Origin: an uncultured bacterium
GTDB taxonomy: Bacteria > Krumholzibacteriota > Krumholzibacteriia > Krumholzibacteriales > Krumholzibacteriaceae
NCBI GenBank assembly: GCA_963846325.1
Contig: CAWJVO010000007.1
Coordinates: 329,404-393,403 of the forward strand
Length of the DNA: 64,000 nt
Direction: 5' to 3'
In this document: in pieces, positions 1 to 8,540 of the stretch
Layout: the number at the start of each line of letters is the position of its first letter
Position numbering within the stretch: the first letter of the stretch is position 1
The notes under the pieces: generated by a model
Told to the model about the DNA's origin: nothing
Databases searched by the model: none
What the model saw: only the letters and a program-made list of their open reading frames with translations
Translations under genes and position numbers: made by a program

Positions 1-244
1 CCGCTATGGAATAGTGAACGTGATTTCCGGCGCGGCGCGATTCGACGATTCCTTCGAGACGCATCCGTGTCAGGTGCTGGGATATTACGGGCTGGGGCGC
101 GCCGCACGCGGCGCCGAGCTCGCCCACCGTCGATTCCCCGTCGCACAGGCAGCAGAGCAGATAGAGCCGCTGCGGATGCGACAGCGTCTTGAAGATCGAC
201 GCGAGCCGGGCGCACCGCCTTTTCTCCGGAAGTCCCTTTTTCAT
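1..244 (-). CDS. ArsR/SmtB-family HTH transcriptional regulator (3' end cut by window edge)
   Basis: Not in the ORF track because no stop lies inside the window. ATG at 244-242, 2 nt after the TusA-like stop. Hand translation MKKGLPEKRRCARLASIFKTLSHPQRLYLLCCLCDGESTVGELGAACGAPQPVISQHLTRMRLEGIVESRRAGNHVHYSIA shows the ArsR wHTH pattern (FKxLSxPxRLxLL ... VISQHL ... GIV). Confidence 0.75.
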   Translation of the reverse strand, partial: MKKGLPEKRRCARLASIFKTLSHPQRLYLLCCLCDGESTVGELGAACGAPQPVISQHLTRMRLEGIVESRRAGNHVHYSIA

Positions 245-246
245 TC

Positions 247-501
247 CTACTTCGTTTTCTTCACGAAGAGTCTCCAGAAACCCGCGTCCTCGACCGTGCC
301 GAGATGCTCGTACTGCATCTTCTTCGTCCACATCGGGATGTCGTTATTCGTCCCCTCGTCCGAGGAAAGGACTTCCATGATCCCGCCCACGGGAATGCCG
401 GCGATCGCCTTCTTGGCCTCGAGCAGCGGCCCCGGGCAGGCCATCCCGCGCGCGTCCACGACCTTGTCCGATTTCAGGTTCTTCAGCTCGTCGTCGTTCA
501 T
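247..501 (-). CDS. TusA/SirA-like sulfur-carrier protein
   Basis: 84-aa ORF. DARGMACPGPLLEAKKAI carries the TusA CPxP active-site Cys motif. AAGGAG lies 7 nt upstream of ATG 501. Confidence 0.85.
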   Translation of the reverse strand: MNDDELKNLKSDKVVDARGMACPGPLLEAKKAIAGIPVGGIMEVLSSDEGTNNDIPMWTKKMQYEHLGTVEDAGFWRLFVKKTK

Positions 502-691
502 GCCACAGCTCCTTGCAAACGCCTCCGGCTTCCGGCCCGGCGCGCCTCGTTTCGCGTGCCCGCGGCCGAGATATAATATTATGTGAATATTCTAATTATT
601 TAATATTTCGGTGTCAACACATTTCACGCATATTGACAGGGGCCGCGCCATGGGCTACCTTTGCGGGACGATGGAACGGGAGGCACAACGC

Positions 692-2122
692 GTGAAAACA
701 CATTCGAACGACCGCCACGCCGGTCATCCGGGCGCGGATTACCGGAAGTTTCTCGAGCGGTATCCGGAATACGAATCCACGTCGGCCGTCGACGATATCC
801 GCGCGAAGGATTTCTCCCGTCTCGACGCCGGAGGGCACGCGTATCTCGACTACACGGGGGGAGGGCTCTACGGCGAATCGCTCGTCAGGGACCACGCCGG
901 GTTTCTTCTCGCGAACGTCCTCGGGAACCCGCACTCGACGAATCCGACCTCGGCGGTTTCCACCGATTACGTCGAGCGATGCCGCCACCGCGTCCTCGAG
1001 TTTTTCAACGCCTCCCCCGACGAATACGTCCCCATTTTCACCGCGAACGCGACGCATGCACTCAAGCTCGTCGGAGAGGGGTACCCCTTCTGCCCCGGAG
1101 ACGTCCTCCTCCTCAGCTTCGACAACCACAACTCGGTGAACGGGCTCCGCGAGTACGACCGGGTCCGCGGCGCCGTCACGAAATACGTCCCCGTCATGCC
1201 GCCCGACCTCCGCATGCTCGACTGCGTGCTCGAGAGATGCCTCGACGAGAGCCCGAAGATCTGCAACAGGCTCTTCGCGTATCCCGCGCAATCGAATTTT
1301 TCGGGGGTCCAGCACCCTCTCGAATGGATCGAGAAGGCGCACGAGAAGGGGTGGGACGTTCTTCTCGACGCGGCGGCCTTCGTCCCGACGAACCGGCTCG
1401 ACCTCGGCCGCTGGCATCCCGATTATACGGCCGTTTCCTTCTACAAGATGTTCGGATATCCCACGGGGGTCGGCGCGCTCATCGCGCGCCGGGAGGCGCT
1501 CGAAAAGCTCCGGCGCCCTTGGTTCGCGGGCGGAACGATCACGATCGCGTCGGTGCAGGCCGACAAGTATTTTCTCGCCAAAGGCGCCCAGGGCTTCGAG
1601 GACGGCACGCTCAACTACGCATGCCTCCCCGCCGTCGAGCGCGGCCTCGACTTTCTCGATTCCGTGGGAATGGACGTGATTCATACGCGGGTCGCGAGCC
1701 TCGCCGGCTGGCTCATCGAGCATATGGCGGCCCTCGCGCACGGAAACGGGCGCCCGGTCCTCCGCATCTACGGCCCGACGGACATGGCGATGCGCGGCGC
1801 GACGATCGCGTTCAACGTTTACGACGCCGCGGGCGCCACAATCGACCATCTCACCGTCGAAAAGCGCGCGAACACCATGAACATCTCGCTTCGCACGGGC
1901 TGCTTCTGCAATCCCGGCGCGGGCGAGCTCGCTCTCGGCCTCTCGAAAGGCGATATGATCCAGTGCCTGGACCGCTCCGGCTCCCGCATGTCGCTCGACG
2001 AGTTCCGCCAGTGCATCGACGGAAAGAGCACGGGCGCCGTGCGCATCTCCCTCGGCCTCGTCTCGAACTTCGAGGACGCGAGCCGATTCCTCCGCTTCAT
2101 CGACCTGTTCCGCGAGGCCTGA
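692..2122 (+). CDS. class-V aminotransferase-fold PLP enzyme (cysteine desulfurase / Moco-sulfurase N-domain-like, no MOSC domain)
   Basis: ORF 611..2122. Conserved blocks are YLDYTGGGLY, NPHS, FTANATHALKLV and SFYKMFGYPTGVGALI (PLP-Lys context). The start is uncertain (GTG611, ATG650, ATG671, GTG692). GTG692 has GGGAGG 8 nt upstream. Confidence 0.8.
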   Translation: MKTHSNDRHAGHPGADYRKFLERYPEYESTSAVDDIRAKDFSRLDAGGHAYLDYTGGGLYGESLVRDHAGFLLANVLGNPHSTNPTSAVSTDYVERCRHRVLEFFNASPDEYVPIFTANATHALKLVGEGYPFCPGDVLLLSFDNHNSVNGLREYDRVRGAVTKYVPVMPPDLRMLDCVLERCLDESPKICNRLFAYPAQSNFSGVQHPLEWIEKAHEKGWDVLLDAAAFVPTNRLDLGRWHPDYTAVSFYKMFGYPTGVGALIARREALEKLRRPWFAGGTITIASVQADKYFLAKGAQGFEDGTLNYACLPAVERGLDFLDSVGMDVIHTRVASLAGWLIEHMAALAHGNGRPVLRIYGPTDMAMRGATIAFNVYDAAGATIDHLTVEKRANTMNISLRTGCFCNPGAGELALGLSKGDMIQCLDRSGSRMSLDEFRQCIDGKSTGAVRISLGLVSNFEDASRFLRFIDLFREA

Positions 2123-2168
2123 TCGCCGGCGATCCGGTCCTTCCGATCATTCATGCGGAAAATGCTCG

Positions 2169-2200
2169 GACGCCCCCGGGCCCGCGAGCCCGGAGGCGTC
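2169..2200. terminator. GC-rich hairpin between convergent genes
   Basis: GACGCCCCCGGGC-ccgcga-GCCCGGAGGCGTC forms a 13-bp stem with 1 mismatch. It lies between the aminotransferase stop (2122) and the minus-strand stop at 2243. There is no clear U-tract. Confidence 0.35.
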
Positions 2201-2242
2201 TCGATAATGCGGCAGCAAGGCGTGAATGAAAGCGGAGAGTAT

Positions 2243-2608
2243 CTACTTCTTGGATCCGGTATAGCTCAGCTTGTAAACGTTGCCGGTGCACGTTTCGGTG
2301 CAGGATCCGTCCTTGAGCTGATCGCGGTCCCGAATCTGATCCTTGTCTCTGGTCTGGTCCTTGTCTCCGCTCTGAACGGCGCTCAAGCTCGGGCCGAGCT
2401 TGCCGAAGCCGGTGCCGTCTTCGGGCTTGACGTAGTCGGGATCGAGGCAATTCGGAATGCCGTCCCCGTCGCTATCCCTGAGCCACTGGTAGAACTTCAG
2501 GAAGTAATTTCCGTCGCCGGTGCCGTTCCCGGTGCCGGCCATAACGGACGGAGAAGCGAGAACGAAAACCGCGAGCATGGTTGCGGCGATGGTGATCATC
2601 TTACGCAT
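2243..2608 (-). CDS. small secreted protein with thrombospondin type-3-like Ca-binding motif and DKDQxR repeats
   Basis: Internal ATG of ORF 2243..2860, preceded by GAGGGGGA. Signal peptide MRKMITIAATMLAVFVLASPSVMA. DSDGDGIPNCLDPD matches the TSP3 DxDxDGxxDxxD pattern. Three 6-aa repeats DKDQTR/DKDQIR/DRDQLK. Confidence 0.7.
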   Translation of the reverse strand: MRKMITIAATMLAVFVLASPSVMAGTGNGTGDGNYFLKFYQWLRDSDGDGIPNCLDPDYVKPEDGTGFGKLGPSLSAVQSGDKDQTRDKDQIRDRDQLKDGSCTETCTGNVYKLSYTGSKK

Positions 2609-2849
2609 ATCAGGTCCCCCTCGAGTTAGTGTGTGCTGCCTGCCTGCTGCTCCTGCCATGAGTAATAGCACCGGAGATGCCAAGCACGGCAATACGACAT
2701 AATACGTTATCAAGATGTTAGTTACGCAATCACGGCCCCGTGCACGCCGGCTGGCGGTTGCACCGTACGGTACATTTGCCGGTTCATCGATCCCCGGGAG
2801 GTTCACAGCGGGCCGGGTAAATCGACCGCGGAACGAACGTGATATCCGC

Positions 2850-4625
2850 TCAGGGCGCATCGCCGTCGCGAAGCCGGACGGGGAGGGAATCCAGAACCTT
2901 GTCGATCTCTTTCAGAAGCTGCTCTTCCCGTGCGGCGGCGGCGTCCGCGCGGGCTTCCCGCAGATAGCGGACCGCTTCTTCTCTTTTCCCCTGGTTGAGC
3001 AGGGCGATCCCGAGATAGTAGCGGATGAGGTAGGAATCGGGGGATTTCTCGAGGGCCTTGCGCAGATGGGCTTCGGCCTCCCCGTGGCGGCGCTGTCCGC
3101 TCATGATGATCCCTATGTACTTGTGCGCGTCGGAATCGTCCGGCTCGAGCCGCAGCGTCTCCGAGAACTCCGCGAGGGCCTCGCGCGCGCGATTCTGCTT
3201 CATGAGCTCGAAACCGACGATCGTGTGCATCTCGGCTTCGTAATCGAATTTCTCGACCGCGAAGGGACCCGCCGCGCTCGCCGCCGCGGCGACGACGCAC
3301 GCCGCTCCCGCGATCGCCGCCGCCCGCCGCCACCGCTTCCCGCGAACGAGATCGACGCAATACAGCGCGCCGGCCGCCGCCGGAACGGCGAGTATCGGGA
3401 CGACGGGGATCCGATAGCGTCCCGACACGAAGACGCCGATGATCGCCGCGGGGTACAGAAGGAGAAATCCGTAGACCGGAGCCGGAATCCGCTTCGCGTG
3501 CCGGACGATCCCCACGAGCGCGAGCGGCAGGAGAATCCCGAACGGGAATCCGAACGCGCCCGCCTTCCAGGCCAGCGCGGAGAGAAGCCGCGAGTATCTC
3601 CGCGCGACGTACACGTCTTCGTTTCTCGGGAGCTCCCGCGAGCTGAAGAACTCCACGGTTTTGAGCACGATCCCCTTCGCGAAATCCGCCGGCCGCGTCT
3701 TCACGTAATCGAGATAGAGCCGCGTGAACACGTCCCGATCCGCCGAATCGGTCAGGGAACCTTTCACCGTCGGCATGCGGGTGAGCTCCCGCCATTCGGC
3801 GCCGGGCCGTATCATGATCGTCCTCTCCCGCTCGGGATTGTTCCCGATGTAGAGGTTGATCGGCCCCGATTCGGAGAGGAAATTGAAATCGCCGGTCGCC
3901 TTGTAGCAGAGCTGCGCGACCGGTATCGTGACCGCGAGAAACCCCGCGAGCATCAGGCCCGCGCGCGCCGCGACGAGGGCGCGGCGTACGGAGCGCCCGC
4001 GCCAGGCGAGCAGAAGCCATACGCAAGCGACTGCAAAATAGGGGAGAAAGGTCGCCCTCGTCACGACGCTCAGGCCCCCGCACACGCCGACGAGCGCCGC
4101 GGCCCGATAGCCTTTCGCGTCCCGGGCCCTCAGAACGAGCAGAACGAGGACGACTGCCCATAGCGCGGAGAAGCCCGTATCGAGCAGCTCGGCTTCATAA
4201 TAGACGAGCGGGCCGTAGAGCGCCGCGATCGCTCCGGCGACGGCGCCCGTGCGCCGGTCGAAGAGCCTCGCGCCGAGCCGATACACGAGCGCGCAGAGGA
4301 GCGAACCGAGGAGGATCTGGATCAAGCGCGCCGCGAGCATCGAGCCGTCCGTGAACAAATAGACGGCGGCGAGATAGAACGGATAGAGAAATCCCTGCCA
4401 GAAGAACCGCTGATAGAATATGCCCTTTTCGACGAGGAGACGGGCATGCTGGTCGTAGCTCGCCGCATCGATAATGGGCACGTGGAAGGTGGGGCTCTTC
4501 GCGATCTCGCCGAGATAGACGAGCCGCACGACGAGCGCGAGCGCGAACACGACGAGCGCGACCCGCCCGAACCAGGCGCCGGAGACTCCTTCGCGCGCCG
4601 CGCCCTTACGCCTCGGCGACGCCAT
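2850..4625 (-). CDS. GT-C fold (ArnT/PMT, GT39/GT83-like) membrane glycosyltransferase with C-terminal TPR repeats
   Basis: 591 aa. The N-terminal ~430 aa has many TM helices typical of the ArnT/PMT family. The C-terminal ~150 aa are TPR-like (EALAEFSETLRLEPDDSDAHKYIGII..., EAEAHLRKALEKSPDSYLIRYYLGIALLNQGKREEAVRYLREA). Confidence 0.8.
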   Translation of the reverse strand: MASPRRKGAAREGVSGAWFGRVALVVFALALVVRLVYLGEIAKSPTFHVPIIDAASYDQHARLLVEKGIFYQRFFWQGFLYPFYLAAVYLFTDGSMLAARLIQILLGSLLCALVYRLGARLFDRRTGAVAGAIAALYGPLVYYEAELLDTGFSALWAVVLVLLVLRARDAKGYRAAALVGVCGGLSVVTRATFLPYFAVACVWLLLAWRGRSVRRALVAARAGLMLAGFLAVTIPVAQLCYKATGDFNFLSESGPINLYIGNNPERERTIMIRPGAEWRELTRMPTVKGSLTDSADRDVFTRLYLDYVKTRPADFAKGIVLKTVEFFSSRELPRNEDVYVARRYSRLLSALAWKAGAFGFPFGILLPLALVGIVRHAKRIPAPVYGFLLLYPAAIIGVFVSGRYRIPVVPILAVPAAAGALYCVDLVRGKRWRRAAAIAGAACVVAAAASAAGPFAVEKFDYEAEMHTIVGFELMKQNRAREALAEFSETLRLEPDDSDAHKYIGIIMSGQRRHGEAEAHLRKALEKSPDSYLIRYYLGIALLNQGKREEAVRYLREARADAAAAREEQLLKEIDKVLDSLPVRLRDGDAP

Positions 4626-7600
4626 GCGCCCTCGCTCCGAGCACGTTGCGCAGCTTGTCGCCGAGCTCGGAGATCCGGTACGGTTTTTCGATGAACCCCG
4701 AGAAACCCTTCCCCGCGAAGCGCTTCGATATCTCGTGCTCGCTGTAGCCGCTCGACAGCATGACCGTCACGTCGTCCGAGACGCCGCGCAGCGCGGCGAG
4801 CGTTTCGATCCCGTCCATGCGCGGCATCGTGAGATCGAGAATCACGAGCGAAATCGTCCCGAGACGGGCGCGGAAGATCTCGAGCGCCTCGACTCCGTCC
4901 GAGGCGAGGAGCACTTCGAACCCGAGATGCTCGAGCATGCGCTTTGCGACGGCGCGCACCATTTCCTCGTCGTCGACGAGCAGCACCGTTCCGTTCCCCC
5001 GCCATCCGGCGACCAGCGCGAGGTCTTCGTCGATATGTTCGACCGTGCTCGCCGACACGGGAAAGACCAGCCGGAAAGCGGAGCCTTTCCCCGGTTCGCT
5101 GCGGATTCCGACCGCCCCACCGTGCCCTCGCACGATGCCGAGAATGACGGGGAGCCCGAGGCCCCGCCCCGCCGACTTCGTCGTGAAGAACGGGTCGAAC
5201 ATCTTCCTCTGGGTTTCCTCGTCCATTCCGCATCCCGTATCGGCCACGTCGAAGAATACGTACCGGCCCTCGGGTATTTTCTCGCCGTTGATCATTCCGT
5301 TCAGGTGCGCGCGATCGCATACCGTCGTGCCGGCGGATACCGCGATGACGCCGCCCCTCTCGCCGAGCGCTTCGGAAGCGTTGATGATGAGATTCATGAT
5401 GACCTGCCGGATCTGCGTCTCGTCCGCCTCGATCAGGGGAAGATCGGGGGCAAGATCGAATCTCAGCTCGGCCTTTTTCGAGATCGATACGGCGAGCATC
5501 TGCGCCGTCTCCTCGATCGCGCGCGCGAGGCTGAGCGATCCGATCGCGAAGCGTCCCTTCCCCGAATAGGCGAGAAGCTGCCTGCACAGATCCGCGGCGC
5601 GCCTCGCCGCCCGCTCCACCTCGGCGAGGCTCTCGCGCGCGGGCGCCTCCGGGGGCAGGCTCGCGACGGCGAATTCGAGATTCCCCTGAATGGCGAGCAG
5701 TATATTGTTGAAGTCGTGCGCGACGCCCCCCGCGAGCACGCCGAGGCTCTCGAGTTTCTGCGACTCCTGCATCCGCGATTCGAACATCCGCCGCTCTTCC
5801 TCCGTGCGCCTGCGCTCGGTCTGGTCCTGGACGCCCGCGATGGCGCCGACGATGACGCCGTTGTCATCCGCCAGCGGCGCCGTTTCGATCAGCACGAAGA
5901 TCCGCTTTCCGTCCTTCCGGATGAATTCGAAATCGTGCTGCTCCTTGATGCCCTTCAAGCGGCGATCGAGAAGCCGAGCGCATTCCTCCACCCCGCGATC
6001 GTCCATGAACGAGAACAGATGCTTCCCGGTCATCTCCTCGACCGTATATCCGAGCATCTCCGCCATGCGCGGATTGGCGAAGGTGGTGCGCGCTTCGGTG
6101 TCGATGGTCCAGATTCCCTCCTGAAGCATCTCGATGAGCTGGCGGTATCTCTTCTCGCTCGCGCGCAGCGCGTCTTCGCCGCGCCTTCGCTCGGTGATAT
6201 CGAGGGCGGTGAACGTCACGCCGTGCGCGAGGTCTCCGGCGACGAGAAGCGACGAGCTGAGAAGGATATCGATCATGACGCCGTCTTTGCGCCGCCAGCG
6301 CGTTTCGACCGATCCGGTGCCTTTCTCGGCTATCTGCCGGTACTTTTCATGGCCGACGTAATCGAACTCCTGATCGGTCGCGTAGAGCAGCCGGGACGAT
6401 TTCCCGACGAGCTCCTCCCTCGAGTACCCCGTCATCTCGCAGACCCTGTCGTTGATTTCCATGATGACGCGATCCGCGACGACACCGATACCGATCGGAG
6501 CGACTCGAAACAGACTGTCGAGCTTCGCTTCCCTTTCCTTCAGAGCGTCCAATGCGCGCTTGCGCTCGGTGATGTCGCGCGATACGTTCGCGAAATAGAG
6601 CGGCGCTCCGCTGACCCGATCGCGGATCGCGAACGCGAGCGCGTGAGCGTCGATGAGCTCTCCCGTCAGGACGTTCCGGTACCGCAGGTCGCCCTCCCAT
6701 CGTCCTCCCTTCAGGAGAGCCGGAACGATCCTGGACCGCAGCAGATCCTGGTAAGCCGGGGGTATGACGTCCTCTATCCGGAAATCCTGCACCTTGTCGG
6801 CGGATATGCCGAGCATCCTCCCGCCCGCTTCGTTGAGAAAGATCATCCTGCCGTCGAGCGTGGCCAAGTTGACGAGCTCGCTCGTGCAATGGACGACGGC
6901 GCCGAGCTTCTGGAGCTCCTTCTGGACGGCCTTCCGCTCCGTTATGTCCTGGGCCGCGCCGACGATGGCGACCGTCTTTCCGTCGCGAACGACCGGCGCT
7001 TCGTCGACCTCGAACCACACCCGGCGGCCGTCCCTGGCGACGAGCTCCGCTTCGTACGTCGGCTGGCGCTCGCCCGTTTCGACGGCTCTCTGGGTGAGCT
7101 CGATCGCGCGCTTGTTGACCGGATGGTCCGAGACGAGATCCGTCCATCGCATGAGGGCTTCTTCCGGCTTGTAGCCGAGGATTCTCTCGACCTGGGGGCT
7201 CAAGTAGGTGAAAACGTGGTCGCACGAATGCACATAGAACATGTCGGCGCCCTTCTCGACGATGTTCCGGAATCGTTCCTCGCTCTCCCGAAGCGCCTCT
7301 TCGGAGCGCTTGCGGTCGCTGATATCGACGACGACTCCTCTGAGGCCGACGATCCGGCCGCTCCGTACAATCGGAGAAGCATGGATGATAACCGGAAAAG
7401 CGCTCCCGTCCTTGCGAAGCGCCATGTACTCGTGGCCGGGGGATCGCGCGCCGGCCATGATGTCTTGCTGCATCTTCATGGCACGGGACCTGTCGGAAGG
7501 GGTTATCGCCTCGAACATAGGGATTCCCCGCTCCAGGTCATCGCGAGCATAGCCGTATATATCGAGCGCGCGTGCGTTCGCGAAGACGATCTTTCCCTCG

Positions 7601-7755
7601 AGGTCGGATTCGAAGATCGCGAGAGGGAAGGAATCGATGATTTCTCGGGGATCTTCCTTATCGATCACGGGGCGGATATCCGCCGTTCGCGGCTTCCCCG
7701 CCGACGTCCCGCGTTCCGCTCCTGTTGTCGGTTTCGGTTTCTTCATATCGTACAC
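4606..7755 (-). CDS. multi-PAS hybrid sensor histidine kinase with C-terminal receiver domain
   Basis: 1049 aa. It has about 5 PAS/PAC repeats, an H-box GGVAHDFNNIL and HATPase boxes (NLIINASEAL, DTGCGMD, GRGLGLPV). The REC domain is VLLVDDEEMV...VILDLTMPRMDG. The start is GTG 7755 or ATG 7746. It overlaps the next gene by 20 nt. Confidence 0.9.
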   Translation of the reverse strand: MYDMKKPKPTTGAERGTSAGKPRTADIRPVIDKEDPREIIDSFPLAIFESDLEGKIVFANARALDIYGYARDDLERGIPMFEAITPSDRSRAMKMQQDIMAGARSPGHEYMALRKDGSAFPVIIHASPIVRSGRIVGLRGVVVDISDRKRSEEALRESEERFRNIVEKGADMFYVHSCDHVFTYLSPQVERILGYKPEEALMRWTDLVSDHPVNKRAIELTQRAVETGERQPTYEAELVARDGRRVWFEVDEAPVVRDGKTVAIVGAAQDITERKAVQKELQKLGAVVHCTSELVNLATLDGRMIFLNEAGGRMLGISADKVQDFRIEDVIPPAYQDLLRSRIVPALLKGGRWEGDLRYRNVLTGELIDAHALAFAIRDRVSGAPLYFANVSRDITERKRALDALKEREAKLDSLFRVAPIGIGVVADRVIMEINDRVCEMTGYSREELVGKSSRLLYATDQEFDYVGHEKYRQIAEKGTGSVETRWRRKDGVMIDILLSSSLLVAGDLAHGVTFTALDITERRRGEDALRASEKRYRQLIEMLQEGIWTIDTEARTTFANPRMAEMLGYTVEEMTGKHLFSFMDDRGVEECARLLDRRLKGIKEQHDFEFIRKDGKRIFVLIETAPLADDNGVIVGAIAGVQDQTERRRTEEERRMFESRMQESQKLESLGVLAGGVAHDFNNILLAIQGNLEFAVASLPPEAPARESLAEVERAARRAADLCRQLLAYSGKGRFAIGSLSLARAIEETAQMLAVSISKKAELRFDLAPDLPLIEADETQIRQVIMNLIINASEALGERGGVIAVSAGTTVCDRAHLNGMINGEKIPEGRYVFFDVADTGCGMDEETQRKMFDPFFTTKSAGRGLGLPVILGIVRGHGGAVGIRSEPGKGSAFRLVFPVSASTVEHIDEDLALVAGWRGNGTVLLVDDEEMVRAVAKRMLEHLGFEVLLASDGVEALEIFRARLGTISLVILDLTMPRMDGIETLAALRGVSDDVTVMLSSGYSEHEISKRFAGKGFSGFIEKPYRISELGDKLRNVLGARAHGVAEA

Positions 7756-7831
7756 GGCCTTCCGTTGCCCGCCTCCTATTATGGTCCGGAAAAACCCAAA
7801 GTAAATCGCTATTTTCCGGAATCGGCCGGCA

Positions 7832-7860
7832 TTGACAAACAGTTATTACTTCGATATAAT
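7832..7860 (+). promoter_or_regulatory. perfect sigma70-type consensus promoter (TTGACA-N17-TATAAT)
   Basis: TTGACA at 7832-7837, a 17-nt spacer, then TATAAT at 7855-7860. It sits in an AT-rich island between two minus-strand genes. Confidence 0.6.
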
Positions 7861-7865
7861 GTCGT

Positions 7866-8010
7866 TACAAGAAGGGAACGGCTCATAGCTCGGCCGGCGC
7901 TCGTTGTGGGATGTGCCGGCTTACCCCCAAATCAGAGCGGAAGCTTTCCCGGATTGATCGATGTGCGTCGAGCGGATAGGCGGGAGCGAACCTCCCGCCT
8001 ATTCGTTTGT
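7866..8010 (+). ncRNA. candidate ~145-nt small RNA (family not recognised)
   Basis: Bounded by the consensus promoter and an intrinsic terminator, and wholly intergenic. Internal hairpins: CCGGCGC(7892-7898)/GTGCCGG(7913-7919), and AGAGC-GGAA-GCUUU with a GNRA-type loop. The only ORF is an RBS-poor 22-codon one (ATG 7911). Confidence 0.4.
7976..8010 (+). terminator. Rho-independent terminator
   Basis: ATAGGCGGGAG-cgaac-CTCCCGCCTAT forms an 11-bp perfect stem followed by TCGTTTGT on the + strand. Confidence 0.6.
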
Positions 8011-8034
8011 GCACCTCTCCGCGCGGATCTCTCT

Positions 8035-8529
8035 CTAGAAGGCGTAACCGACCGAGAGTCCCGGCCAGATGAAGAAGCTGCCGCCGGCGATGAGCCCGTA
8101 CGCGCTGCCGCGAAACAGGAGGCCGCTTTCCGAACGGTACTCGAATCCGAGCCCGAGGTAGCCGTAGCTCGTCGAGCCGCTCTCGTCGAAGGGCCCCGAG
8201 TCCGTGCTGGCGTTCAGGAATACGCCTCCCGCCGCGAGATACAGAGAGCCGTCCTTCGGGATGATGTAGAATTTGCCGCCGAACGGGACAAATATGAGCA
8301 TGGTATTATCGTCGTCGACGCCGCCTCCGCCGAGCGCGCCGAGACCCACTTCGAGGCCGAGCTGCCTGACGGGCGTATACTGGTACGTGAAACTGTAAAG
8401 CAGGGATCTGCCGAGGAGCTCGATGCCGACGTCGCTCTTCAGCTTCTCGCGGACCAGCTCCTGCGAAGCGGCGGGCGCGGCTGCCAGACACAACGTCGTG
8501 CAGACGACTATCAACGAACACACGGACAT
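8035..8529 (-). CDS. small outer-membrane beta-barrel protein
   Basis: Internal ATG of ORF 8035..9516; 164 aa. Signal peptide MSVCSLIVVCTTLCLAAAPAASQ. Alternating beta-strand pattern and a C-terminal ...GLSVGYAF aromatic terminus. Confidence 0.7.
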   Translation of the reverse strand: MSVCSLIVVCTTLCLAAAPAASQELVREKLKSDVGIELLGRSLLYSFTYQYTPVRQLGLEVGLGALGGGGVDDDNTMLIFVPFGGKFYIIPKDGSLYLAAGGVFLNASTDSGPFDESGSTSYGYLGLGFEYRSESGLLFRGSAYGLIAGGSFFIWPGLSVGYAF

Positions 8530-8540
8530 GAAACGCTTGC

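Noticed and set aside
14-586. 190-aa plus-strand ORF at the window start
   Set aside because: It is antisense to the ArsR and TusA-like genes, and its translation is low-complexity with no motifs.
7866-8010. Candidate sRNA as SRP (4.5S) RNA, tRNA or a riboswitch
   Set aside because: It has a GGAA-capped hairpin but not the conserved SRP helix-8 AGCA/GGAA internal-loop context. There is no cloverleaf or T-loop GTTCGAATC. There is no downstream gene on that strand for a riboswitch. The family is left unassigned.
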